DNA of 64,000 nucleotides from positions 32,001-96,000 of the forward strand of contig JBEBGD010000003.1 of assembly GCA_040081625.1 (NCBI GenBank). Direction: 5' to 3'. Each line of letters begins with the position of its first letter. Within the stretch, counting starts at the first letter, position 1. Below are positions 19,859 to 29,560 of this stretch, one piece after another. Source of the stretch: Chthoniobacteraceae bacterium. Lineage in GTDB: Bacteria > Verrucomicrobiota > Verrucomicrobiia > Chthoniobacterales > Chthoniobacteraceae. The notes beneath the pieces were generated by a model, which was given only the letters and a program-made list of their open reading frames with translations, made no database searches and was not told the DNA's origin. The translations under genes and the position numbers were made by a program.

Positions 19859-22800
19859 CTACTGGCTCACTTTCGCGCGCATGAACCGCGAGCCGCCGCT
19901 GCTCATCGGCATCGAGTCGCGCACCCGCAGCAGTGTGCTCGTGTTCTCCTCGATGATGAGTCCGTCGCTGCTCCAGTTCATCGGAACGGTCATGCCGCTG
20001 GTCGCCTCGACTTGAAAAGTCACGCCGCTCGCGTCCGGGTTTTTCGGGATCGCGAGGCGGAGAAACTTGTCGGGCCCGATCGTCGCCTCGTCGAGCGTCC
20101 ACGGCGCGGCATCCATCACGCCTGGAGACAGGCCGACGGCCCACTCGAGGAAATTCGTGAATCCATCGTGCTCGGGATCGGCGCCGGGCGCGGCGTTCGG
20201 GTCGTTCGGGTCGCCGCCGAAGTTCTGCGCCTGCCACTGCTGGAACGCGCTCTCGTAGTGCGTCATGAGCGCATCGCGGAAGGTGACGATGCCCGTATCA
20301 TCCGCGCGCAGGCGCAGCGTGTAGTCGCCGAACTGCGGGAAGCTCGCGCTCGTGTCCACCGCGCTCGTGTTGCCGAACATCACGTTGCCGGGTCCGGCCG
20401 CCTTGCTCCACGTCGTCGCGAGCGAAGTCGGCGCGGGATTCCCATCGTCGATCACCGTCGCGTCGAGTGTCGCGTCGCCGACGGTGGTGAAAGGCAGCGC
20501 GCTCAGGTCGATGTCCGGCCCGATGTTCAGCGGCTCGATGGTCAGGCGGGTGAAAGTGCAGGTGTTCAGCGTGCCGGTCGCGCCGCTCGCGTTGTTCACG
20601 TAGAAGCCGACCCAGACGGGCGTCGTCATGATGACCGTCTGCGCCTGGCCGATCTGCGTCCACGCATTCGGGCCGTTCGTCGCGACGTTGTGCGTGGCGC
20701 GGTAGCCGGTGATGCTGTTGCCACGGCGCACGATGCGCATCCAGTTGCCAGCCGCGATACCGCTGGGCACGCCGCCACCGCCGCCGGCGGCGATGCTCGT
20801 CCAGTAGTAGCCGCTGTAAGCGCCGGTCGGCATTCGTCCGAGATGGAGCTGCGCGCCGCTCTCGATGCTCTCCGCGACGCGGATGCCGCCGCTGCTGCTG
20901 CCCGCGCCGGAGCTGTAGGTGTTCAGCCGCGCGGTGAAGACCATGTCGCCGTAATACTGCCAGCCGTAGAAGTAGCCGGTCGTCGGTCCGGCGAGCGTGT
21001 AAGTGGTGCCGTCGAAGCTGCCGCTGCCCGCCAGGTTCGGCGCGGTGCCGCTGTCCTCATTCACCAAAGCGGGACCTCCCGGCGCGGGCGTGAGCGTCAC
21101 GTTGTCGAAGATCGCGGTGGCGCTGCCGGCGGTGCTGTTGTTCGTCGTCGTGAGGCCGTAGTGCGCGTTCGTGTTGAGCAACGGGATGACGACCGGACTG
21201 CCCACCGCAGTCCACGCGCCGGGAGCGCCGCTGACATCCGGCGCGTAGCTGGCGCTGACTTCGTTCGTGGTCGCGTTGCGCTCGAGCTTGAGCCAGCACG
21301 GCAGCGCCGGCGCGGTCGCGCCCACGCTCGTGTCGTTGCCGGAGGTGGCGCGGGTGCGGAACTGCAAGCCGGTGCCCGGCACGTAGCCGAGCACGGCGCG
21401 AGTCGAGCCGCGTGCGAGGGAATCGCGGATCGTCACGCCCGCGAGCGCGGTGGCGACGTTCAAGCTCGTCAGCCGCGCGACGACGCTGCCATCGCCTGTC
21501 GCAGCGCGGACCATGATGTGCGCCTGGTCGGTGCTCGTGGAGGCGTAGCCGGCGCCGGTGCCCGTGACGCTGAACAGCCCGCCGTATTCGAGCCCCTGCC
21601 CGCGGCGCGCGGAAGACGGCCCGAGATCCTGCGTGATCCAGTTCGACGCCACGAGCCCGCTGCCGGCCACGATGGTGATTTGATCGCTCGCGGTGAACTG
21701 CGTGTCGCTCGCGGTGATGCGCAGCACGTAGGTGCCCGGCGCGGAGAAGGTGACGGCGGTCGTCGCGGCGCTGGGCGATTCGATGCTCGCGGTGCCTGGG
21801 CCGCTCACGCAGCTCCAAGTCGTCGTGAGTGGAGCGGGGAAGCCGTCATCGCTCACGCTCGCGCTGACGATGACGCCATTCGCGGCGGCGATGAGCGGCC
21901 CCTGCGTCGTCGGGCTGTTGATGAAGACGGTGGGCGGGTTGTCGTTGTCCGTGATCGCCACGTTGTCGAACGACTGTGCGCCGATGTCGTAGCTGCCGGT
22001 GTTGAGGGAAATCGTCACGTCCTCCGGCCCCTCGGTCGCCGCATCGTCCACGGGTGCGATGTTGACGACCTTCGACGACTCGCCCCCGACAAACGCGACC
22101 GTTGCCGCCACGTTCGCGTAGTCGGTCGTGTTCGTCGCCGTGCCGGAGATCGTGAGATTAACCGTCAGCGACCCCGTCGTCGGCGCGGTGCGCGTGACGG
22201 TGAACTGCCCGGGATTGCCCGCCGTTTCGGACGCATCGGGATCGTTCGCCACGATCGTGACGGTGCTGCGGTCGTCATCGGCGATGGTCACGGTCGCGTT
22301 CGCTGGCGTGCCGAGCGTGTAGGCAGCGTTGGCGGTGAGGGTCAGGATCACGGTCTCATTCCCTTCGTTCGTCGCGTCCTGGAGCGGCGTCACCGTCACG
22401 GTCGCGTTCGCCTGACCGTCGAGGATGGTGGCGTTGCCAGGCGATGCGATGGCCGTGTAGTCCGTCCCGCTCGCAGCCGTGCCGCTGCGCGTGAAGTTCA
22501 CCACGAGATTGCCCGCGAGCGAACCCGCGCGCGTTATCGTGAACGTCCCCGTGTCGCCGCTCTCCGCCGCGCTCGCGTCGGTCGCGACGATGTTCACGGT
22601 CGGGAAGTCGTCGTCGGTGATCGTGATCGTGTGCGCGCTCGCGCTTCCGAGGTTCAAGTTGGCCGGAGCTTGCAGCGTGACGGTGAAGTTCTCCGCTGAT
22701 TCGACCGCGGCGTTGTCCGTGATGGGCACGGCGATGATCTTCACGCTCTCGCCCGCCGCGAAGTTCAGCGTTCCGGTCGTGGTCGTGTAATCGCCGGGCT

Positions 22801-25800
22801 GCGTCGCGCTGCCGTCGGCGGTGATGAAATCCACGCTGCACGGCGCGGTGGCCGGCGCGCTCAGTGCGACCGCGATCTGCACCGTGCCCGCATTTTCCAC
22901 CACGCTGCTCGCGCCAGTCGCGAAGCCCACGTAGGGCTGCGCGGGCGGGGTGTCGTTGTCGAGGATCGTGTAGCCGTGGTAGCTGAACGTGCCGAGTCCC
23001 GCGCCGAGGGGATTGATGAGCTGGATCGTGATGAGGTTGTCCGGCTCGTCCATCGTGTCGTTCACGACGGTGAACGTGAGGTTCTTCGTCGTCTGGCCCG
23101 GGTCGAACGTGAGCACGCCGGGCGGCAGCACGAAATCCACGCCGGAGCCGAAGGCCGTGGTGTTGCTCTGCAAACGATAGCGCTGCTCCATCGCGCCGCT
23201 TTTCACCCACCCCGTGTGAACGCCGCGCGCATAGTGCGTGCGATCGTCGCGCACCATCACGCCCGCCTGCGCGCCGTTCGCACCGCCGGTGAGCGAGGTC
23301 ACGCGCGCGATCAGGGTGAAGTCGCCCGTGACCTCCGTGCTGGGAAAATGCGCCTCGTCGCTGCCGGTGGCGATGCCCGCGCCGCTGCCGGTCACCGTCC
23401 ACACACCGGCGTTGTGGCTTTCGTCGCCCTGCGCGTTAACAAAGCCGATGGTGCGGCCGCCGAGCGTGGTCAGCGGGCTCCCGTTGAGCGTCACATTGTC
23501 AAAGGTGGCCGTGGCGAGCGCTCCGTCGCTGGCGGCGGAGACCGCGAGGCCGGCGAACACCTTCGGTGCGAAGGCGATGCCCGGTGCCGTGCCGAAATCC
23601 GTCCAGCTCACGCCATCGCGGGAGAAGCTCTGGGTGAAGACACTGCCCGCGCGGACGGTGCGCGCCCACATCGGCGGCACATGCCCGGTGAAGGCGCTGC
23701 TCAGCGTGGCTGTAGCGCCGGCACCGGTGCGGTGGAGCGTGTAGAAGTTTCCAGCGGCGACGCCGGTGCCCAGTGAGGAGGCGTGAACAGCGTTGCCCGC
23801 CGTCGAGGCGCGCAGCATCACTCCCGCGCGTGAACTCGTGGAGCCGCTGTTGCCCACGCTGGTGATCCGGGCGGTGACGGTGCAGTTCGCGGAGCCGTTG
23901 ACCGGAAGATACACGAAGCGGAAATTGTCCGCCGTGCTGTTGGTGAGGCCGTTGCCGGAGTTCGTGAAAGTGTAAACGCCGGACGAGGACGAACTGCCGC
24001 CCGTGACCGTGCCAATACTCGCCGCCACCTCCGCGCCGGTGCTGCCGCCTGAGAGGTTGCTGACGCTGAAGTTATCGATGGTGGTCGTGTATTGCGTCGT
24101 CGATCCAGGCGCGAAAACGATGCCTGCGAGGTAGCTCGTGTCGCCGAGGCCGGAAACCGCCACCGCGCTGCCTCGCTCCGTCCAAATCTGCCCGTCGTGC
24201 GACTGGAAAAAGGCCACAGTAGTTCCCGTCTTCACGAGCCGGACCCAGTGCGGCACGGCGCTGCTTGTGTTGGACGCACTCGATCCCGTGCTGAAGGCGC
24301 CCGTCTGATATTCCACCGTCACCGGCGACGCCTGCGCGGAGGAGAGCACCACGGGGATGTTCACGGTCGTCACGCTCTCGCTGCCGGTGGAGCTGGGTGC
24401 CTGGAAGCCGACGGTCGCGGTGACGGTGTCGTTGTCGGTGATATACATCACCGCGCCGACGCCGCGCGCATAGGCGCCGGGCGCGAAGTCGAACAGGATC
24501 GTCTCGGTGCCCTCGAAGGTCGTGTCGTTCGCGACGGTGATGGGCACATCCACGCCCGTCGCGCCCGCCGGGATCGTGACGCTGGCCGGCGCGGTGTAAT
24601 CCACGCCGCCGCCCGTCGCGGTGCCGCTGTAGCTGCAATTCACCGTGACCGCCGAGGTCGTGCTGCCGAGGCGGGAAACGTAAAACTTCACCGGCGTGGT
24701 CGTCGCGCCCTCGGTGAAGCTGATCGCGCCGCTGGTGCCGACCTGCGTGTCCACGACGAGCGTGTTCACGTTGTCATCATCGCGCAGCCAGGCCGTGGCG
24801 CTCGTTGTGGGCGCGTAGGTTTGATAATCGACAGTCGGCGAGAGCGTGACGGAGATGGTCTCGAAATCCTCTGGCTCCGTGTCGTTCACCGGCCAGCAGA
24901 TCAGATCGAATGTCGGTGCGTTCTGCGGGATCGTCGCGCTGGCAGGCGAGCCGGAAGTGTCCACCGACCGTGCCTCGTAAACGCTGCCGCTGTCGCCGCT
25001 GACCCACACGTTATCCGCGTTCGCACCGGACACGGCTTGGAAGGACGGGTTGTTTGTCGTCACGCGGGATGAAGACCATGAGGAGCCGTCCAGCGTGCGC
25101 AGCAGCATACCGCTTGATCCGCTGATCCACACGCTGCTGGCATCGCTGCCCCAGATGCCGTTGAGATCCTGCGTCACGCCGGAGGTCTGCGCCGTCCATG
25201 TGGTGCCGTTGCCTTTCAAGATGACGCCGCCGACGCCCACGGCCCACAGATTCGTGGCGGAGCTGCCCCAGACGCCGCGCAGGTTGCCCGTGGTGCCGGA
25301 GGTCTGCGCGGCCCACGCGGTGCCGTTCCATTTCAAAATGGTGCCGGCATCGCCCACGGCCCACACGTTGTTCGCGTCACTCCCCCAGACGGCGTAGAGG
25401 TTGGTCGTCGTGCCGGAGGTTTGAGCTGACCAACTTGTGCCATCCGTCGAGCGGCGGATCGTGCCGGTGTTGCCCACGGTCCACAGGCTCGTCGCACTGC
25501 TGCCCCAAATGCCGCGCAGGGTGTTCGTCGTGCCGGAGGTTTGAATCACCCATGCGGAGCCGTCGCCTTTAACGATGCGCCCGGAGTCACCCACGGCCCA
25601 CAGGCTCGTGGCGCTGCTGCCCCAGATGCCGCGCAGGTTGTTGGTGGTGCCGGAAGTCTGCGTCGCCCACGTCGCGCCGTTTCCTTTCAGGATGCGGCCG
25701 GCATCGCCCACCGCCCATAGGTTCGTGGCATCGGCGATCCACAGGCCGCGCAAGCTGGTGGTGATGCCGGAGGTCTGCGCGCCCCAGGCCGTGAGTTTGT

Positions 25801-28800
25801 AGTCTGTGGCCTGATCGGCCGTGCCGCCGACCGACAACTCGATGGGAATCGCCGTGCCGCTCGAGCCGCCGCGCACGGTGAGACGGAAGTTCGCGCTCGT
25901 GCTGCCCTCAACGGCGTTCACGGTGTTCACCACGTCGATGTAAGGCGTGTCGCCGGCGGCGTCGGTGATGTTCACCGTCGCGCTGTTGCCCGTGCCGAGG
26001 ATGTAATTGGTCGCGCTCGCGCCGAGCGTGAGCACGCACTGCTCGACGCCCTCGCCCACGCCGTCGAAACGCGGCACGATCGTGACCGCCGCCGAATCCT
26101 GGCCCGCGGGGATCTGGATCAAGCCGGGCATCCACTCGAAGTCCACGCCGTGCAGCGCCATCACACCGCTGGCGTTCGTTCCGGAGAATGCATAGTAGAT
26201 CGTGAGCGGCTGGCTCGTGTCGCCGGTGCGCGAAACGAGGAACGTCCCCGTGTCGGCGGCGGCGCCGGGGATGCTCAGGTCCACCTCCGTGGCCGTCGTG
26301 TCCGTCGCGGTGACGCTCACCGTTTGCAGATCGTCGTCGTAAATGCTCGCGGTGCCCGTCGTGGCCAGCGTGTCGATGATGTAAGCCGCGTTCGTGCTGA
26401 GCGTGAGGATCGCCGTCTCGATCGATTCGGAGAGCGAGTCATCCAGCGGTGCGACTTCGACCGTCGCGGAAGCCAAGCCGGACGGGATCGTCACGCTGCC
26501 GCTCAGCGCGGTGAAATCGCTCCCGCTCGTCGCCGTGCCGGTCACGGCGTAATTCACCGTCAGCCCCGCCGCGGTGCTTCCCGTGCGCGAGACCGTGAAG
26601 ACCGCGGGCGACGCACTGTTTTCCGTCGTCGTGGCCGTCGTTGCGGCGAGGCTCACTTTCGGCAGCAAGGTGTCGTCGTCCTCGATCACGACCATGGCGC
26701 TGGACGCGGAGCCGACGAGGTAGCCGTTGCCCGGCCCGAGTTGCAAAATGACCGTCTCCGGTCCTTCGCTCGACGCATCGACGACCGGCGTCACGATGAT
26801 GTCGAGCATGTCGGAGTCCGCCGGGATCGTGAAGGTGCTGAAGCCTTGCGAACCGGTCACATAGTCCGGCGTGAAGGTGTAGTCGGTCGTCTTCGTCGCG
26901 CCGCCGAGAGCGGTGTTCACATTCACGACGAGATCCTGAGAGGTGTCGCCCGTGCGCGTGACTCGGAACGCGCCCGGCGTGACCGGCGCGAGTTCGTTCG
27001 CGCTCGGAGCCGGCGCGGAGATCGTCACCACGCTTTGCGCAGAGGCCTCGAACTCCGCGCCGCTGAAGCTCGGCCCGACGACGATGCTGTTATTAAACAG
27101 CTCGCTGAACGTGTAGCCGTAGAGCAGCGGCGTGAGCGTGTAGGTGTTCGCGCTCAGGTTCGGGATCGTGAAGTAGCCATCCGCGTCCGAGATCACGCCG
27201 TTCGCGTTGTTCGCGGTGACGACGACATCTTGCAGCCCCTGCCCGAGCAGCGTCACGCGGCCGCTGATGGTGAAGGTCGCCGCCGAGCCCACGGTGATGA
27301 GCTTGTTGCGCGTCACCGTGCCGCCCTTCATGTCGCTGGCCGTGCAGGTGACGATGAACGTGCCCGCCGCAGTGAACTGCCGCGTGATCACGTTCGAGTT
27401 CGGCGACACGATCTGCGTGCCGCCGCCGAAATGCTGCCAGTTGAAAGCCAGCGGATCGCTGTCGGGATCGTTGGCCGTGGCGGTGAAGGTCACCGTGCCA
27501 TTCAGCGGGATCACCTCCGCGCTGGCGGCGAGCGACATCGTCGGCGGCTGATTGCCGGGGGAGCTGCCGAGGTTCACTTGCACGTCGAGATAACGCGGAC
27601 TGTCACTTGCCGCCACGGCGGTGACGTAGATGCCGCTCTCGGTGTCGCCAAACGTGGCCCCGAGCGAGATGGGCGCGTCGGTTTTTCCGTAAGGTGAGCC
27701 GTTGGTCGTGTCGATGAGCTGGAAATTTCCGCCGCCGCCGCTCGGGAAGCGCCAGCCGAAGACGAGGCCGTTTTTCGCGAAGGGATTGCTGTCGAAAAGC
27801 GATCGCACCATGCCCCAGTAGGTGCGCTGCACGTCCTTCTGGATCGTCAGCGCATAGCGTTTCGACGCATCGAGCGAGCCCTGATCAAACGCATGGATGC
27901 GGTAGAGCCCGCTCTGAGTCACGGGCTGCAAAAAGGCGCCCGGCAGCCAGCGGATCTGGTTTTTTCCCTGCGCATTGTAGTGGCCCGGCGGCGTGCCCGC
28001 GCCGCCCATCACATCGTAGCTGTCGCCGTATTCGTTGTTCGCGCCGTTGCCGATGCTGCTCGTGCCTGCGGTGTCCCAGAAATTCGAGTGCCCGAGCCCG
28101 AAGCAGTGCCCGATCTCGTGCGCCCACAGGCTCACGCTATCGCTGCGGCACCACACCGTGCTGCCGCCCGCGAGCCCGCCGTAACTGCCGGGGCCGCCAT
28201 TGTGCCGCATCACCACGCAGTCGTAGTCGCTGGAGTCGAAGCCGAGCTTCCGTGCTTCGTTCCGCGCGTCCACATGCGAGATGCTCGTGCCGCCGATGTC
28301 GCCGCCATTGCTCGTGTCGCGGTTCACATACCACGCTTCGTTGTGCGGCAGCTTCACCGGCGGTGTGACGACGCCGACGAGCGACAGCCGGCCATACGAA
28401 GCCTTCGCGTAATGATCCGCCACGTCGCGCAGCGTCGTATAGAGCGCCGCCTCGGTGGAAGGGATCGCGTTTTGATCCGCGTAGGTCGTCGGGATCACGA
28501 GCACTTTCACCTGACCAAGCGCGGGAGTCGGGGTGGACGGCAGGATGCCGGAAAACGCGAACGAACCGCCCGTGACGCCTTCGCCGTAGAGGATGGTCTC
28601 GTTTTGCATCGCGATGTGCGAGCCGTCGCAGAACGTGATGATCTCCACCGGCGTCTCGACCGCGGGCAAACTCTCCGGCACCACGCTCGGCACGCTCGCG
28701 GGATCGAGCACGATCTTCCCCGACACCGGGCACTCGGACACGACCGGCTTGCCCGGCGGCATGTTTTCCCCCGCCTCGAGCCGCCGCGTCGGTTGGTCGC

Positions 28801-29407
28801 TGACCGCAAATTCCGAGTCCACCGCCACGCCGTTCACAAACGCGCCCGCCGTCCACGTGAGCTTCTGCTCGCGCTGGCCATACACGTAGGCGCGGTAAGT
28901 CCCGCCGCCCTTCAGCTCGACCTCGCGATACGTCGGCACCGGCGGATCACCGGGATTCAGCGGCACGCCCTGCATCACACGCAGCGCGCCGATGTCGTTG
29001 ATGCGCCGTTCGAGCTGCGCGAGCACGATCGGCGGAAGCTCCTGTCGCACGACCATCGGCACCGCCTGCTCGATCGCCGCGCGCGGGTCGTCCTGGATGA
29101 GTTGCTTGAAGACCGGACGCCGCTCGCTCGCGAGCCGCACGCCTTCCGTCACGAGCGCCTGCCGGTGCTCGCGCGGCGTGGCGAGAAAGCGACCGGTCCA
29201 GTCGCTGAAAGCGGGCACCGCTTCGCCGCCCTGCACGACCGGCTGCGCGGCCGGTCGCGCCTTTGCTACTTCCATCCGCCCGGAGTCCAGCGCGGTGGTC
29301 AGGATCGCGGGTGCCTGCGGAGCAACGGCTCGATCTTCCCAAAGCAGAAAAACGACAGCGCCAAAGACGATGGCAACGAGTGAAGCGAGGAGAAGGCGGT
29401 AGCGCAC
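19859..29407 (-). CDS. Giant surface metzincin paralog with Calx-beta repeats, beta-propeller and ConA-like domains, 3182 aa
   Basis: GTG start; HEIGHCFGLGH with EYGDSYDVMG; colinear with 13030..19710 plus insertions. Confidence 0.88.
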   Translation of the reverse strand: MRYRLLLASLVAIVFGAVVFLLWEDRAVAPQAPAILTTALDSGRMEVAKARPAAQPVVQGGEAVPAFSDWTGRFLATPREHRQALVTEGVRLASERRPVFKQLIQDDPRAAIEQAVPMVVRQELPPIVLAQLERRINDIGALRVMQGVPLNPGDPPVPTYREVELKGGGTYRAYVYGQREQKLTWTAGAFVNGVAVDSEFAVSDQPTRRLEAGENMPPGKPVVSECPVSGKIVLDPASVPSVVPESLPAVETPVEIITFCDGSHIAMQNETILYGEGVTGGSFAFSGILPSTPTPALGQVKVLVIPTTYADQNAIPSTEAALYTTLRDVADHYAKASYGRLSLVGVVTPPVKLPHNEAWYVNRDTSNGGDIGGTSISHVDARNEARKLGFDSSDYDCVVMRHNGGPGSYGGLAGGSTVWCRSDSVSLWAHEIGHCFGLGHSNFWDTAGTSSIGNGANNEYGDSYDVMGGAGTPPGHYNAQGKNQIRWLPGAFLQPVTQSGLYRIHAFDQGSLDASKRYALTIQKDVQRTYWGMVRSLFDSNPFAKNGLVFGWRFPSGGGGNFQLIDTTNGSPYGKTDAPISLGATFGDTESGIYVTAVAASDSPRYLDVQVNLGSSPGNQPPTMSLAASAEVIPLNGTVTFTATANDPDSDPLAFNWQHFGGGTQIVSPNSNVITRQFTAAGTFIVTCTASDMKGGTVTRNKLITVGSAATFTISGRVTLLGQGLQDVVVTANNANGVISDADGYFTIPNLSANTYTLTPLLYGYTFSELFNNSIVVGPSFSGAEFEASAQSVVTISAPAPSANELAPVTPGAFRVTRTGDTSQDLVVNVNTALGGATKTTDYTFTPDYVTGSQGFSTFTIPADSDMLDIIVTPVVDASSEGPETVILQLGPGNGYLVGSASSAMVVIEDDDTLLPKVSLAATTATTTENSASPAVFTVSRTGSTAAGLTVNYAVTGTATSGSDFTALSGSVTIPSGLASATVEVAPLDDSLSESIETAILTLSTNAAYIIDTLATTGTASIYDDDLQTVSVTATDTTATEVDLSIPGAAADTGTFLVSRTGDTSQPLTIYYAFSGTNASGVMALHGVDFEWMPGLIQIPAGQDSAAVTIVPRFDGVGEGVEQCVLTLGASATNYILGTGNSATVNITDAAGDTPYIDVVNTVNAVEGSTSANFRLTVRGGSSGTAIPIELSVGGTADQATDYKLTAWGAQTSGITTSLRGLWIADATNLWAVGDAGRILKGNGATWATQTSGTTNNLRGIWGSSATSLWAVGDSGRIVKGDGSAWVIQTSGTTNTLRGIWGSSATSLWTVGNTGTIRRSTDGTSWSAQTSGTTTNLYAVWGSDANNVWAVGDAGTILKWNGTAWAAQTSGTTGNLRGVWGSSATNLWAVGVGGVILKGNGTTWTAQTSGVTQDLNGIWGSDASSVWISGSSGMLLRTLDGSSWSSSRVTTNNPSFQAVSGANADNVWVSGDSGSVYEARSVDTSGSPASATIPQNAPTFDLICWPVNDTEPEDFETISVTLSPTVDYQTYAPTTSATAWLRDDDNVNTLVVDTQVGTSGAISFTEGATTTPVKFYVSRLGSTTSAVTVNCSYSGTATGGGVDYTAPASVTIPAGATGVDVPITVANDTTFEGTETILFDFAPGAYARGVGAVMYITDNDTVTATVGFQAPSSTGSESVTTVNIPVVLSSAQASPVTVEYQTGAFSTGSSASNTSSAVPHWVRLVKTGTTVAFFQSHDGQIWTERGSAVAVSGLGDTSYLAGIVFAPGSTTQYTTTIDNFSVSNLSGGSTGAEVAASIGTVTGGSSSSSGVYTFTNSGNGLTNSTADNFRFVYLPVNGSANCTVTARITSVGNSGSTSSRAGVMLRASTAGNAVHASSLGTGVAAGNFYTLHRTGAGATATLSSAFTGHVPPMWARTVRAGSVFTQSFSRDGVSWTDFGTAPGIAFAPKVFAGLAVSAASDGALATATFDNVTLNGSPLTTLGGRTIGFVNAQGDESHNAGVWTVTGSGAGIATGSDEAHFPSTEVTGDFTLIARVTSLTGGANGAQAGVMVRDDRTHYARGVHTGWVKSGAMEQRYRLQSNTTAFGSGVDFVLPPGVLTFDPGQTTKNLTFTVVNDTMDEPDNLITIQLINPLGAGLGTFSYHGYTILDNDTPPAQPYVGFATGASSVVENAGTVQIAVALSAPATAPCSVDFITADGSATQPGDYTTTTGTLNFAAGESVKIIAVPITDNAAVESAENFTVTLQAPANLNLGSASAHTITITDDDFPTVNIVATDASAAESGDTGTFTITRAGSLAGNLVVNFTRSGTAASGTDYTAIASPGNATILDGQANATVTVTPLQDATNEGNETVILTLTANAAYTLGTPANATVTIADDDRSTVTIVANDPDASETAGNPGQFTVTRTAPTTGSLTVNLTISGTATNTTDYANVAATVAFVGGESSKVVNIAPVDDAATEGPEDVTISLNTGSYDIGAQSFDNVAITDNDNPPTVFINSPTTQGPLIAAANGVIVSASVSDDGFPAPLTTTWSCVSGPGTASIESPSAATTAVTFSAPGTYVLRITASDTQFTASDQITIVAGSGLVASNWITQDLGPSSARRGQGLEYGGLFSVTGTGAGYASTSTDQAHIMVRAATGDGSVVARLTSLNVATALAGVTIRDSLARGSTRAVLGYVPGTGLQFRTRATSGNDTSVGATAPALPCWLKLERNATTNEVSASYAPDVSGAPGAWTAVGSPVVIPLLNTNAHYGLTTTNNSTAGSATAIFDNVTLTPAPGGPALVNEDSGTAPNLAGSGSFDGTTYTLAGPTTGYFYGWQYYGDMVFTARLNTYSSGAGSSSGGIRVAESIESGAQLHLGRMPTGAYSGYYWTSIAAGGGGGVPSGIAAGNWMRIVRRGNSITGYRATHNVATNGPNAWTQIGQAQTVIMTTPVWVGFYVNNASGATGTLNTCTFTRLTIEPLNIGPDIDLSALPFTTVGDATLDATVIDDGNPAPTSLATTWSKAAGPGNVMFGNTSAVDTSASFPQFGDYTLRLRADDTGIVTFRDALMTHYESAFQQWQAQNFGGDPNDPNAAPGADPEHDGFTNFLEWAVGLSPGVMDAAPWTLDEATIGPDKFLRLAIPKNPDASGVTFQVEATSGMTVPMNWSSDGLIIEENTSTLLRVRDSMPMSSGGSRFMRAKVSQ
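24975..25786 (-). repeat. Seven intragenic tandem repeats of about 39 aa (about 117 bp)
   Basis: Consensus W.AQTSGTT.NLRG.WGS.A..LWAVG..G.ILK.NG; seven copies counted, the last degenerate. Confidence 0.9.
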
Positions 29408-29560
29408 GGTTGGGAGGAGGCGGGAGGCGTAAGTATTTCGGCGACAAGCCGGTTTAACGCAACTCGCATCCGGCGTTTCAACTTACGGCCTGCGCCGCGC
29501 GCCTACCGCTTTGGCGAGTGGACGTTTCCGACGCTTTCCGCTGCCTTTCCCGCCCCTGCC

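Noticed and set aside
20012..22699. Long antisense ORFs (also 3569..5377, 5569..7575, 16324..18375, 34457..36637, 38120..40120, 51674..53593, 61222..63591)
   Set aside because: These are expected in high-GC DNA opposite well-supported genes, and their composition is not protein-like.
24975..25786. Regular ~117-bp repeats considered as a CRISPR array or DGR template
   Set aside because: They are in-frame coding repeats with synonymous variation, no unique spacers, and no cas or reverse transcriptase gene nearby.
29425..29490. Inverted CGTAAGT...ACTTACG with an inner GCCGG/CCGGC stem upstream of the 3182-aa gene, considered as a riboswitch
   Set aside because: Short stems with no recognisable c-di-GMP or other aptamer consensus; an Rfam or covariation test would be needed.
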